64,000 bases of DNA, taken from assembly GCA_035498405.1 (NCBI GenBank), contig DATKAE010000084.1, positions 90,544 to 154,543 on the forward strand, given 5' to 3'. The notes beneath the pieces were generated by a model. That model did no database searches, was not told the origin of the DNA, and worked only from the letters and a program-made list of their open reading frames with translations. Shown piece after piece: positions 17,648 through 27,097 of this stretch. Source of the stretch: Thermoanaerobaculia bacterium. Its GTDB lineage: Bacteria; Acidobacteriota; Thermoanaerobaculia; UBA5066; Gp7-AA6. The position numbers were made by a program, and so were the translations under genes. Positions within the stretch are counted from its first letter, which is position 1. The number at the start of each line of letters is the position of its first letter.

Positions 17648-18766
17648 ATGCCCTCGGCCGCAGTGATCGACGTTGACGGGTTGCTGGCGCCCATCGCGGG
17701 CGAAAATCCAGCTGGGGAGAACCTTCAGTACTCGGGCCTTCACGACGAGATTCGGGAGACCCGCCGGGCCGACGAAGCGCTCGCCCAGGGAGACTGGCAG
17801 AGGGAACTGAAAACGGCCGACTGGGACCGTGTCATCACCCTCTGCCGCGACGCCTTGGCCCAAAAGACCAAGGACCTTCAGATCACGGCCTGGCTGACCG
17901 AGGCCCTGATCCGCACAGGCGGCTTTGCGGGTCTGCGGGATGGGTTGAAGGTCGTGCGGGGCCTGCACGAGAAGTTTTGGGACGGTGTCTATCCTACGGT
18001 CGAGGACGGGGACTTGGAAGCCCGCGCCAATTCGCTCGCATGGCTCGATCGGCAGGCCGCTGCGGCGATCCAGTCCGTTCCGGTCACGAAGGCGCCCGGC
18101 GCGGCGTACTCCTACCTTCAGATGGAGGATGCCAAGAAGCTCGACCTGCCGGCCAACGCGGCATCTCTGACCCCCGAGGCGCTCGCCGCTCTCAACCAGG
18201 AACGTGAGCGGGCTGCCGCCGAGGGACGTCCCACGACGGAAGCCTTCACGAAGGCCCGCAACGCGACCCGCCGGGCCTTCTACGAGGAGACTGCTGTTCT
18301 GCTCGGGGCGTGCCGAGAGGAGCTCAAGGCTCTCGATCGCGTTATGGATGAGAAGTTCGGGCGCGAAACGCCGGGCTTGGGCGAGTTGCAGAAGTCGCTC
18401 GAGAAGGTCGGAACCTGGATCGAAAAGACGGTCAAGGAAAAGCGCGCCGAGGAGCCGGATGCCACGGAGGCTGCCGGGGAGGCGGCCGGGGGCGGGGAGG
18501 TCGCGGCGGGAGGCCCCGGCGTCTTGGCGGGACCGATCAAGACGCGGCAGGATGCGCTGCGCCGTCTGGCGGAGGTGGCCGACTACTTCCGGCGCACGGA
18601 GCCGCACAGCCCGGTCTCCTACCTCGTGCAGCGAGCGATCACCTGGGGGCAAATGCCGCTGGACGCGTGGCTGACCGACGTGATCAAGGATGGCGCGCTT
18701 CTCGCGTCGATTCGCGAGACGCTTGGACTCAACACGGCCTTGGAAGGCGGGGGGTCGTCGGGGTAG
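17648..18766 (+). CDS. tssA: T6SS protein TssA (ImpA N-terminal domain)
   Basis: LLAPIAGENPAGENLQYSGLHDEIRETRRAD is an ImpA_N signature. 372 aa. GGAG RBS. Confidence 0.85.
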   Translation: MPSAAVIDVDGLLAPIAGENPAGENLQYSGLHDEIRETRRADEALAQGDWQRELKTADWDRVITLCRDALAQKTKDLQITAWLTEALIRTGGFAGLRDGLKVVRGLHEKFWDGVYPTVEDGDLEARANSLAWLDRQAAAAIQSVPVTKAPGAAYSYLQMEDAKKLDLPANAASLTPEALAALNQERERAAAEGRPTTEAFTKARNATRRAFYEETAVLLGACREELKALDRVMDEKFGRETPGLGELQKSLEKVGTWIEKTVKEKRAEEPDATEAAGEAAGGGEVAAGGPGVLAGPIKTRQDALRRLAEVADYFRRTEPHSPVSYLVQRAITWGQMPLDAWLTDVIKDGALLASIRETLGLNTALEGGGSSG

Positions 18767-18807
18767 CACCCCGCCGCCGAGAGGCCGGGGGCTGAGGAGA
18801 GAAAGAC

Positions 18808-19353
18808 ATGCCGAAGAAGGAAAGCATTCAGCAGAAACTGAAGCGGGTTCGGCCGCCGCGCGTGCAGATCACTTACGACGTCGAGATCGGCGGTGCGATC
18901 GAGATGAAGGAGCTGCCTTTCGTCCTGGGCGTCCTCGGAGACTTCTCCGGACAGCCCGCCCAGCAACTGCCTCGAGTCAAAGACCGCAAGTTGATCGAGA
19001 TCGACCGGGACAACTTCGATCAGGTCCTGGCCGGCATGGCGCCGCGCCTGGCGATGAAGGTCGAGAACAAGCTGACCAATGACGGCAGCAAGATCAACGC
19101 CGAGCTGCGCTTCAATAGCCTGCAGGATTTCGAGCCCGACAACGTCGTCCAGCAGGTCGAGCCTCTGCGCAAGCTCGTGGAGGCCCGCCAGAAACTGCGG
19201 GACCTGCTCTCCAAGACGGACGGCAACGACAAGCTCGAGCAGATGCTCCAGAACGTCATGCAGAACGCCAACGCCCAGAAGCAGCTCTCCGACGCGTTGG
19301 GCCTGGAAGGGGCCAAAGGCAAGGAAAAGACCGACGAGGGATCCAATGAGTAA
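18808..19353 (+). CDS. tssB: T6SS contractile sheath small subunit TssB (VipA)
   Basis: RVQITYDVEIGGAIEMKELPFVLGVLGDFSG is a canonical TssB motif. 181 aa. Confidence 0.95.
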   Translation: MPKKESIQQKLKRVRPPRVQITYDVEIGGAIEMKELPFVLGVLGDFSGQPAQQLPRVKDRKLIEIDRDNFDQVLAGMAPRLAMKVENKLTNDGSKINAELRFNSLQDFEPDNVVQQVEPLRKLVEARQKLRDLLSKTDGNDKLEQMLQNVMQNANAQKQLSDALGLEGAKGKEKTDEGSNE

Positions 19354-20839
19354 GAACCCCGAGAAGGGCAAGGCCGAAGTCGTCGTCCGCGAGGAGGCGG
19401 GGGAGCGCGACCTGCTCTCCCAGATCATCGAGGAAGGCCGCCTCGCCCGCAACGACAGTCAGGTCGAGCAGGCGAAGGACCTGATCGGTTCCTTCGTCCA
19501 GCAGGTCATGAGCGGCGAGATGGTCGTCTCGAGGGATCTCGAGGCCTCGATCAACGCCCGAGTCGCGGCGATCGACAAGCTGCTCTCGGCGCAGCTAAAC
19601 GAGGTCATGCACAACCCGGAGTTCCAGAAGCTCGAGGCCTCGTGGCGAGGGCTTCATCACCTCGTCTTCGAGTCGGAGACCAGCACGATGCTGAAGATCC
19701 GCGTCCTGAACGTCTCGAAGAAAGACCTTCTGAAGGACCTCGAGCGCGCCGCGGAATTCGACCAATCCGCGCTCTTCAAGAAGGTTTACGAGGAGGAGTA
19801 CGGGACGTTCGGTGGCGCGCCTTTCGGCGCCCTGATCGGCGACTACGAGTTCTCCAACCACCCTCAGGACATGGCGCTGCTCGAGAAGATCTCGCAGGTC
19901 GCTGCGGCGGCCAACGCGCCCTTCGTGGCCGCGTCCTCGCCCGAGCTCTTCGGCTGGGACACGTTCACGGAGCTCGCCGAAGTGCGGGACGTTGCGAAGA
20001 TCTTCGACCGCACGGAGTATGCGAAGTGGCGCTCGTTCAGAGATTCCGAAGACTCGCGCTACGTCGGGTTGACGCTTCCGCATACCCTGATGCGCCTGCC
20101 GTACGGCAAGGAAACGGTGCCGACCGAGACGTTCAACTTCGAGGAGGATGTCGACGGCCGGGACCACAAGAAATATCTCTGGGGCAATGCGGCATACTCC
20201 TTCGGGACCCGCCTGACCGAGGCGTTCGCCTTGTACCAGTGGACGGTCGCGATTCGGGGCGTCGAGGGCGGAGGCCTCGTCCAGGGGCTGCCGACGCACA
20301 CCTTCAAGACGGACGAAGGCGATGTGGCCTTGAAGTGCCCGACGGAGATCGCCATCACCGACCGGCGGGAGAAGGAGTTTTCGGACCTCGGGTTCATCCC
20401 TCTGGTTCACTGTAAGGGCACCGACTACGCCGCCTTTTTCGCGGCGCAGTCCTGCCAGAAGGCGAAGAAGTACGACCAGGACTTCGCGAACGCGAACGCC
20501 CGTCTGTCCTCGCAGCTTCCGTACATCTTCGCGGTTTCACGCTTCGCCCACTACTTGAAGGCGATCATGCGAGACAAGATCGGCAGCTTCATGTCGCGGA
20601 CTGACGTCGAGCGCTATCTGAACCAGTGGATCTCGAACTACGTCACGCCGGACGACACGGCGTCGCCGACCGTCAAGGCTCAATTTCCCCTGCGAGACGC
20701 CCGGATCGACGTGACGGAGATCGCCGGCAAGCCCGGAGCCTACAAGGCCGTGGCGTTTCTGCGGCCCCACTTCCAGCTGGACGAACTTCAGGTATCGCTG
20801 CGCCTGGTCACGGAGCTGCCCAAGCCCGCGACCGGGTAA
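19346..20839 (+). CDS. tssC: T6SS contractile sheath large subunit TssC (VipB)
   Basis: Start MSKNPEKG at ATG 19346 overlaps the tssB end. Motifs HNPEFQKLEASWRGLHHLV, AAANAPFVAA and LPHTLMRLPYG. 497 aa. The ORF-track start at 19079 is an out-of-context extension. Confidence 0.95.
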   Translation: MSKNPEKGKAEVVVREEAGERDLLSQIIEEGRLARNDSQVEQAKDLIGSFVQQVMSGEMVVSRDLEASINARVAAIDKLLSAQLNEVMHNPEFQKLEASWRGLHHLVFESETSTMLKIRVLNVSKKDLLKDLERAAEFDQSALFKKVYEEEYGTFGGAPFGALIGDYEFSNHPQDMALLEKISQVAAAANAPFVAASSPELFGWDTFTELAEVRDVAKIFDRTEYAKWRSFRDSEDSRYVGLTLPHTLMRLPYGKETVPTETFNFEEDVDGRDHKKYLWGNAAYSFGTRLTEAFALYQWTVAIRGVEGGGLVQGLPTHTFKTDEGDVALKCPTEIAITDRREKEFSDLGFIPLVHCKGTDYAAFFAAQSCQKAKKYDQDFANANARLSSQLPYIFAVSRFAHYLKAIMRDKIGSFMSRTDVERYLNQWISNYVTPDDTASPTVKAQFPLRDARIDVTEIAGKPGAYKAVAFLRPHFQLDELQVSLRLVTELPKPATG

Positions 20840-20997
20840 CCCGCTCGACAGATCCGGCGGTGCCGAGGCCGGGCCTCCGGTTGGCAGGGGACTTCTCATC
20901 CCGATCAAGAGCCTCGAATCTTGGCACTCTGGCGGGCACATTGACGCTGGGATCAGACGTTGCCGCGAAGTAAGATGTCGTCGCGCTCACGAATCCG

Positions 20998-21483
20998 ATG
21001 TCACGAATCGACAACGAGGTCCGCATCACGCCATCCGTCCTCGACCGATTGCTCGATGATCGGCCGGAGGAGACTCGTGAGGCGGTCGCCTCACGACAGA
21101 CGAGCCTGAGGCTCCTGAAGGACGCAGTTCGTCGCGACCTCGAGTGGCTTCTCAACACGCGACTGGAAGCCGACGAGAGGGTCGAGGAGCTGCCCGAGGT
21201 CTCACGCTCCCTCGCGATGTTCGGGTTACCGGATTTCACGAGTGCCGAGGTCTTCTCGACCGAGGGAGGCGAGCGCCTTCGCAAGCGCGTCGAGACCGCG
21301 GTGCGCGTCTTCGAACCTCGGCTCGAGCACGTTCGCGTCGCCCTCGGGAGCATGAGCCGAAGAGACCGGGCGGTGCGCTTCCAGATCGAGGCGCAGCTTC
21401 GGGTCGAGCCGTCGCCTGAGCCCGTCGTGTTCGACACGATGCTTCAGCTCGGGAGCGGGGAGGCCCGCGTCCAGGAGAAATGA
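20998..21483 (+). CDS. tssE: T6SS baseplate subunit TssE (gp25-like)
   Basis: 161 aa with the PSVLDRLLDD motif. Overlaps the tssF start. Confidence 0.9.
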   Translation: MSRIDNEVRITPSVLDRLLDDRPEETREAVASRQTSLRLLKDAVRRDLEWLLNTRLEADERVEELPEVSRSLAMFGLPDFTSAEVFSTEGGERLRKRVETAVRVFEPRLEHVRVALGSMSRRDRAVRFQIEAQLRVEPSPEPVVFDTMLQLGSGEARVQEK

Positions 21484-23339
21484 TGCGTGAGGAGCTCCTC
21501 GGTTATTACGAACGCGAGCTTTCCTTCCTGAGACAGTTGGGCGCCGAGTTCGCGCAAAAGTTCCCAAAGATCGCGGGCCGCCTCCTGCTGGAGCCCGAGC
21601 GCTGCGAGGACCCCCACGTCGAACGAATGATCGAGGCGGCGGCGTTCCTCGCCAGCCGAGTACACCTGAAGATCGACGACGAGTTCCCCGAGCTGACCGA
21701 GTCGCTCCTGAATGTGCTCTACCCCAATTTCCTGGCACCGGTTCCATCTCTCTCGATTGTGCAGTTTCAGCTGGACGCCGAGCAGGCCAACCTGAGGATG
21801 GGCCACACCATCCCTCGGGGTTCGATTGTGCGGTCGGAACCCGTGGACGGATCTCCTTGTCGGTTTCAAACCTGCTATCCGGTGACGATCTGGCCGCTCG
21901 AGGTGTCGGAGGTCCGTTTCGAGCTTCCGAGTCCGGGCGCCGTAACGGCGCCGGGGACCAAGAGTTTGCTGCGGATCGGCCTGCGGACGCTGGGCGGGGT
22001 TCCTCCGTCGGAGCTGAGGCAAAAGGGCTCCGGCGACGTCGCCTCGCGCGCGATCGAGTCTCTGCGCTTCTCGCTCCAGGGTGAGGGAAAGATCGTCTAT
22101 TCGCTGTACGAGCTCCTGATGAACGACGTCCTGCAGGTCGAGCTGCGTTCCGGCTCGGGCGCGGTCACAGCCGCGCCGACCGTGTTGCCGCCTGGTGCGC
22201 TTCGCCCGGTTGGGTTCGAGCGTGAGGAGAGCGTACTGCCCTATACCGACCGGTCCTTTCTGGGGTATCGCCTCCTCCAGGAGTACTTCGCCTTTCCCGA
22301 GAAGTATCTTTTTTTCGACGTGACCGGCCTTGAGCGGCTCGTGACCGGCTCCTTCGAGCAGAAGTTCGATCTTGTCTTCTCGCTACGGCGAGAGTTTCCC
22401 CTCGAGAAGGGTGTGATCGCGCAGAACTTCCGCCTGCACTGCACGCCGATCGTCAACCTCTTCTCCCACGTGGCCGAGCCGATCCGCGTGACGCATCTCC
22501 AATCCGAGTATCGCGTGATCCCCGACGTGGGAAGGCAAACCGCCATGGAGGTCTACTCTGTGGACGAAGTCTCTTCCACCCGAGCTGATCAGGAAAAGCC
22601 GATTGTCTACGAGCCTTTCTACTCGATCCGGCACGCGGCCCCGGGCGAGGAGGGGAAGACCTTCTGGAATGCGAGCCGGCGTCCGTCGGGGCGCGACGAC
22701 GGAACGGAGGTCTATCTAACTCTCGTGGACCTCGGCTTCCGACCCTCCGTGCCCGACGTTGAGACACTGACGGTGAGGGTCACCTGCTCGAATCGCGATC
22801 TTCCGGGTCGCCTTCCCTTTGCCAGCTCTACTCGGGGAGCCGACTTCGAGCTCGAGGGCGCCGGCGTCTTCACGGCGATTCGGTGCTTGCGCAAGCCCAC
22901 GAACAGCCTGCGCACGCCGCTGCGGCGCGGGACGCAGTGGCGGTTGATCTCTCATCTCTCGCTCAACTACCTCTCGCTGGTCGAGAATAGCGGCGGTAGC
23001 CCTGAGGCTCTCCAGGAGATTCTGAAGTTGTACGACTTTGCCGACTCCTCGGCCACCCGGCAACAGATTTCGGGCATCATGCAGCTCGGTGCGCGCCGCG
23101 TCCTGCGCCCCGTCGGGTCGGCGGCCGCCGGGTTCGTCCGCGGCATCGAAGTTTCGGCGGAGTTCGACGAGACTCAGTTCATCGGAGCGGGCGTGTATCT
23201 GTTCGCCGCGGTGCTCGAGCGGTTTCTCGCCCTCTATTCTTCGGTTAATTCCTTCTGCCAGCTCGTCGTCTCGACGCGGCAGCGTGAGGGGATCCTCAAG
23301 CGGTGGCCCCCTCGGGCAGGGGAGCAAATCGTCCTGTGA
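21480..23339 (+). CDS. tssF: T6SS baseplate subunit TssF
   Basis: LLGYYERELSFLRQLGAEFAQKFPKIAGRL is a typical TssF N-terminus. 619 aa. Confidence 0.9.
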   Translation: MMREELLGYYERELSFLRQLGAEFAQKFPKIAGRLLLEPERCEDPHVERMIEAAAFLASRVHLKIDDEFPELTESLLNVLYPNFLAPVPSLSIVQFQLDAEQANLRMGHTIPRGSIVRSEPVDGSPCRFQTCYPVTIWPLEVSEVRFELPSPGAVTAPGTKSLLRIGLRTLGGVPPSELRQKGSGDVASRAIESLRFSLQGEGKIVYSLYELLMNDVLQVELRSGSGAVTAAPTVLPPGALRPVGFEREESVLPYTDRSFLGYRLLQEYFAFPEKYLFFDVTGLERLVTGSFEQKFDLVFSLRREFPLEKGVIAQNFRLHCTPIVNLFSHVAEPIRVTHLQSEYRVIPDVGRQTAMEVYSVDEVSSTRADQEKPIVYEPFYSIRHAAPGEEGKTFWNASRRPSGRDDGTEVYLTLVDLGFRPSVPDVETLTVRVTCSNRDLPGRLPFASSTRGADFELEGAGVFTAIRCLRKPTNSLRTPLRRGTQWRLISHLSLNYLSLVENSGGSPEALQEILKLYDFADSSATRQQISGIMQLGARRVLRPVGSAAAGFVRGIEVSAEFDETQFIGAGVYLFAAVLERFLALYSSVNSFCQLVVSTRQREGILKRWPPRAGEQIVL

Positions 23340-24319
23340 GAACACTGCTACTGACGGAGAGCTATCGCTTCGAGTTCTTTCAGGCCGTTCGCCTGCTCGA
23401 GCGGCTCGAGCCGGAGCGCGAGCCGGTTGGCCGCGAAGGCCCTCCCTCGCGAGAGGTCGTACGTTTCCGCACGAGGGTATCCCTGGAGTTTCCAGCAAGC
23501 CAGATTCACGAGCTGCGGGACACCGACGGCGGCGTGCCGGAGATGACCGTAGCCTTTTTCGGAATGACCGGTCCCCTGGGGATCCTGCCCCACCCCTACA
23601 CGGAGCTGCTTCTCGAACGGACCCACCGGCGGGATCGGGCGCTCTGGGAGTTCCTCGACCTGTTCAACCACCGATTCCTTTCTTTCTTCTACCGAGCCTG
23701 GGAAAAGTACCGCTTTCCCGTAGGCTACGAGCGCGACCGGAAGGACCCTTTTACCGAATACCTCTTCGACCTGATCGGCATGGGTACATCGGGCCTCGCT
23801 GGCCGCACGAGCATGCCCGATCAGGGTTTGCTCCTTTACGCCGGACTGATCGCGCAGAAACCGCATTCGGCCACGGCGATCCAGTCGATCTTGCGCCACC
23901 ACTTCGGCGTTACCGTGAGACTTCTCCAGTTTTTTCATCAGTGGCTCGTCCTTGACCCGGAGTACCAGGCGCGGCTCGGGACGGCTAATAGCGAGCTCGG
24001 GGTCAGTCTCGTCTGCGGGGAGCGTGTCCGCAACACCCAGGCGAAATTTCGGGTCCGGCTCGGGCCGATGACTCTGGAGAAATACCTCTCCTTTCTCCCG
24101 GGCGGTAACTTGTTCCCGCAGGTCCGGGACCTGACGCGCCTTCTGGCTGGGATGGAGTTCGACTTCGATGTCCAGCTCGTGCTGGCTGCCGCGGAAGTGC
24201 CTTCCTGCGTCCTGTCCGCGGGGGCCAAGGCGCCGCCCTTGCTCGGTTGGACCTCGTGGCTGACGACGCGCGGCGTATCGGAAGACGCTTCGCCGGTGGT
24301 GTTGTCGATGGCAAACTAG
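23303..24319 (+). CDS. tssG: T6SS baseplate subunit TssG
   Basis: YRFEFFQAVRLLERL motif. The start is either GTG 23303 or GTG 23336; the latter overlaps the tssF stop as GTGA. Confidence 0.9.
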   Translation: MAPSGRGANRPVRTLLLTESYRFEFFQAVRLLERLEPEREPVGREGPPSREVVRFRTRVSLEFPASQIHELRDTDGGVPEMTVAFFGMTGPLGILPHPYTELLLERTHRRDRALWEFLDLFNHRFLSFFYRAWEKYRFPVGYERDRKDPFTEYLFDLIGMGTSGLAGRTSMPDQGLLLYAGLIAQKPHSATAIQSILRHHFGVTVRLLQFFHQWLVLDPEYQARLGTANSELGVSLVCGERVRNTQAKFRVRLGPMTLEKYLSFLPGGNLFPQVRDLTRLLAGMEFDFDVQLVLAAAEVPSCVLSAGAKAPPLLGWTSWLTTRGVSEDASPVVLSMAN

Positions 24320-24355
24320 GCCGGCCAACAGGCCTTTTGGAGAAAGGGCGATTCG

Positions 24356-27064
24356 ATGAGCGTGAACCTGAAGTCTCTGGTCGGGCGCCTGGACGCGACC
24401 TGCCGGGGTGCCCTGGAGGCTGCGGCCGGCCTCTGTCACTCGCGCGGCAACTACTCGGTCGAGATCGAGCACTTCCTCCTCAAGCTGGTCGAGCCGCCGG
24501 ACACGGATCTCGCACGGATCCTGCGCCACTATGAGGTGGACCCGGCTCGGCTCCTGAAGGACCTCACGGTGGCCGTCGGTCGCTTGAAGACGGGCAACAC
24601 CGGAGCCATCTCCATGTCGGATCGCATCCCGCAATGGGTCGAAAACGCCTGGCTGATCGGGTCGGTCGACTACAACGCGGCCCGCGTGCGCTCGGGCCAC
24701 TTGCTCCTCGCCCTTTTGACGCACAAGGAGCTCGAGCAGGTCGCGCGGGGGCTCTCGAAAGAGCTAAGCAACATTTCCGTCGAGTCGCTCGGCAAGAAGC
24801 TCGCTGACATCACGCACGGGTCCGCGGAGGAGAAGGAGGCACTTTCCCTTTCCGCGGCCCCCGCGCCCGGCTCCGTCGAGGGGGCCGCCGCAGGGGTGAC
24901 GCCCGGCACCAAGGCGCTCGACCAATACACGGAAAACCTCACGGCCAAAGCGCAGGCGGGCAAGATCGACCCGGTGTTGGGCAGGGACTTCGAGATCCGT
25001 CAGGTCATCGACATCCTGACGCGCCGCCGTCAGAACAATCCGATCCTGACGGGGGAGGCCGGAGTCGGCAAGACCGCGGTCGTCGAGGGCTTCGCGCTGC
25101 GGATCGCCAAGGGCGACGTTCCCGAGCCGCTGAAAAATGTCGCCTTGCGTACCCTCGACCTCGGTCTGCTGCAAGCGGGCGCGGGCATCAAAGGAGAGTT
25201 CGAGAACCGTCTCAAGTCCGTCATCGAGGAGGTCAAGAGCTCCCCCCAGCCGATCATTCTCTTTATCGATGAGGCGCACACGATGATTGGCGCCGGCGGC
25301 CAGGCGGGGCAGAACGACGCGGCCAACCTGTTGAAGCCCGCCCTCGCGCGGGGGGAGCTGCGGACGATCGCGGCGACGACCTGGGCGGAATACAAGAAGT
25401 ATTTCGAGAAGGACGCCGCTCTGGCCAGGCGGTTCCAGGTTGTCAAGGTGGAGGAGCCCGACGAGGAAAAAGGCATCGCAATGATGCGGGGAGTGGCCGA
25501 GAAGTTCGAGAAGCATCACGGCGTACGGATCCTGGACGAAGCAGTCGAAGACTGCGTGCGGCTGTCGCACCGCTATATCTCGGGCCGGCAGCTTCCGGAC
25601 AAGTCCGTCTCGGTGCTCGACACCGCCTGCGCCCGCGTTGCGATCGGCCAGGCTTCTACACCCCCCGCCGTCGAAGACGCGCAGAAGCGCCTGGTTCAGA
25701 TCGAGCTCGAGATCGACGCTCGGGAGCGCGAGGCGATGACCGGGGCGGATCACGGGGAGCGCCTGGGAGAGCTCCGGGTGGAGAAGGGCGAGATCCAAGC
25801 CCGCCTCGACGCTCTTCTGGCGCAATGGGACCGAGAGAAGGAGCTCGTCACGCGGATCCGGGAGGTGCGTGGCAAGCTCGAGGCTCTGGCTCCCGGGTCA
25901 GGCCGCGCGGAGGGCGGAACGCGCAAGACAGGCTCCGTTCCCAAGCCCGCGGCGGGGACAGTGCCCGCCGACGTCTCGAAGCTTCGCGAGGAACTCACCT
26001 CGCTCTCGGAGGAGCTCGCGAAGTTACAGGGGGAGACGCCGCTCTTACAGCCGGTCGTCAACTCCCAGACGATCGCGGAAGTCATCTCGGGCTGGACCGG
26101 CATTCCCGTCGGCAAGATGCTGACTGACGAGATCCGCACCGTGTTGCAGTTGAAGGACCGCCTGGAGGCCCGAGTCATCGGGCAGAGCCACGCCCTGGAG
26201 GCGATCAGTCAGCGCATTCGAACGGCACGGGCGAACCTGACGGATCCGCGCCGACCGATCGGGGTGTTTCTGCTGGTTGGGCCGTCGGGTGTGGGCAAGA
26301 CCGAAACCGCCCTGACGCTCGCCGATACGCTTTACGGCGGGGAGCGCAACCTGGTCACCATCAACATGAGCGAGTATCAGGAGGCGCACACCGTTTCGTC
26401 CCTCAAGGGTTCGCCGCCTGGTTACGTGGGTTACGGCGAAGGGGGCATCCTGACCGAGGCGGTCCGCCGCAAGCCCTACTCGGTCGTTCTCCTCGACGAA
26501 GTGGAGAAGGCCCATCCCGACGTCATGGAGCTCTTCTACCAGGTCTTCGACAAGGGAATGCTCGAGGACGGCGAGGGCCGCGAGATCGACTTCAAGAACA
26601 CGGTGATCCTCCTGACCTCCAACGCCGCGACCGACACGATGATGAAACTCTGTGCGGATCCCGAGACGGCTCCGGAGCCGGAGAAGCTCGTTGAGGCGAT
26701 CCGCCCGGAGCTGATCAAGATCTTCAAGCCGGCCCTGCTCGGCCGCATGGTCGTCGTTCCCTACTACCCGATCTCCGACAAGGTGATGCGGGAGATCATC
26801 CGGCTGCAGCTCTCCCGAATCGGAAAGCGCCTGAACGAAAATCATGGAACGAGCTTCTCCTGGGACGATACTGTGATCGCCGAAATCGCCAACCGATGCA
26901 AGGAGGTCGAGAGCGGCGCGCGCAACGTGGACCACATCCTGACGCGCACGGTCCTGCCCGAGATGTCGGGGGAGTTTCTGTCACGTATGGCCGAGGGGCA
27001 GAGCGTCGCCCGCGTGCATGTTTCAGTGGGTGATGGGGGCAAGTTTCAGTATCAAGTCTCCTGA
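24356..27064 (+). CDS. clpV: T6SS AAA+ ATPase ClpV (TssH)
   Basis: 902 aa. Clp_N domain. Two AAA+ modules with Walker A GEAGVGKT and GPSGVGKT, and Walker B LFIDEAH and VVLLDEVEKA. Confidence 0.95.
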   Translation: MSVNLKSLVGRLDATCRGALEAAAGLCHSRGNYSVEIEHFLLKLVEPPDTDLARILRHYEVDPARLLKDLTVAVGRLKTGNTGAISMSDRIPQWVENAWLIGSVDYNAARVRSGHLLLALLTHKELEQVARGLSKELSNISVESLGKKLADITHGSAEEKEALSLSAAPAPGSVEGAAAGVTPGTKALDQYTENLTAKAQAGKIDPVLGRDFEIRQVIDILTRRRQNNPILTGEAGVGKTAVVEGFALRIAKGDVPEPLKNVALRTLDLGLLQAGAGIKGEFENRLKSVIEEVKSSPQPIILFIDEAHTMIGAGGQAGQNDAANLLKPALARGELRTIAATTWAEYKKYFEKDAALARRFQVVKVEEPDEEKGIAMMRGVAEKFEKHHGVRILDEAVEDCVRLSHRYISGRQLPDKSVSVLDTACARVAIGQASTPPAVEDAQKRLVQIELEIDAREREAMTGADHGERLGELRVEKGEIQARLDALLAQWDREKELVTRIREVRGKLEALAPGSGRAEGGTRKTGSVPKPAAGTVPADVSKLREELTSLSEELAKLQGETPLLQPVVNSQTIAEVISGWTGIPVGKMLTDEIRTVLQLKDRLEARVIGQSHALEAISQRIRTARANLTDPRRPIGVFLLVGPSGVGKTETALTLADTLYGGERNLVTINMSEYQEAHTVSSLKGSPPGYVGYGEGGILTEAVRRKPYSVVLLDEVEKAHPDVMELFYQVFDKGMLEDGEGREIDFKNTVILLTSNAATDTMMKLCADPETAPEPEKLVEAIRPELIKIFKPALLGRMVVVPYYPISDKVMREIIRLQLSRIGKRLNENHGTSFSWDDTVIAEIANRCKEVESGARNVDHILTRTVLPEMSGEFLSRMAEGQSVARVHVSVGDGGKFQYQVS

Positions 27065-27097
27065 GGCGGGGGGAGTAGCGGAATGAGGAGGTGAGCG

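Noticed and set aside
20881-20940. Two TGGCA(C/G) boxes upstream of tssE (ttggcaggggacttctc and ttggcactctggcgggca) as possible sigma-54 promoters.
   Set aside because: Neither has the GC of the -12 element at the required spacing (GG-N10-GC). The downstream elements read TTCT and CGGG instead of TTGC.
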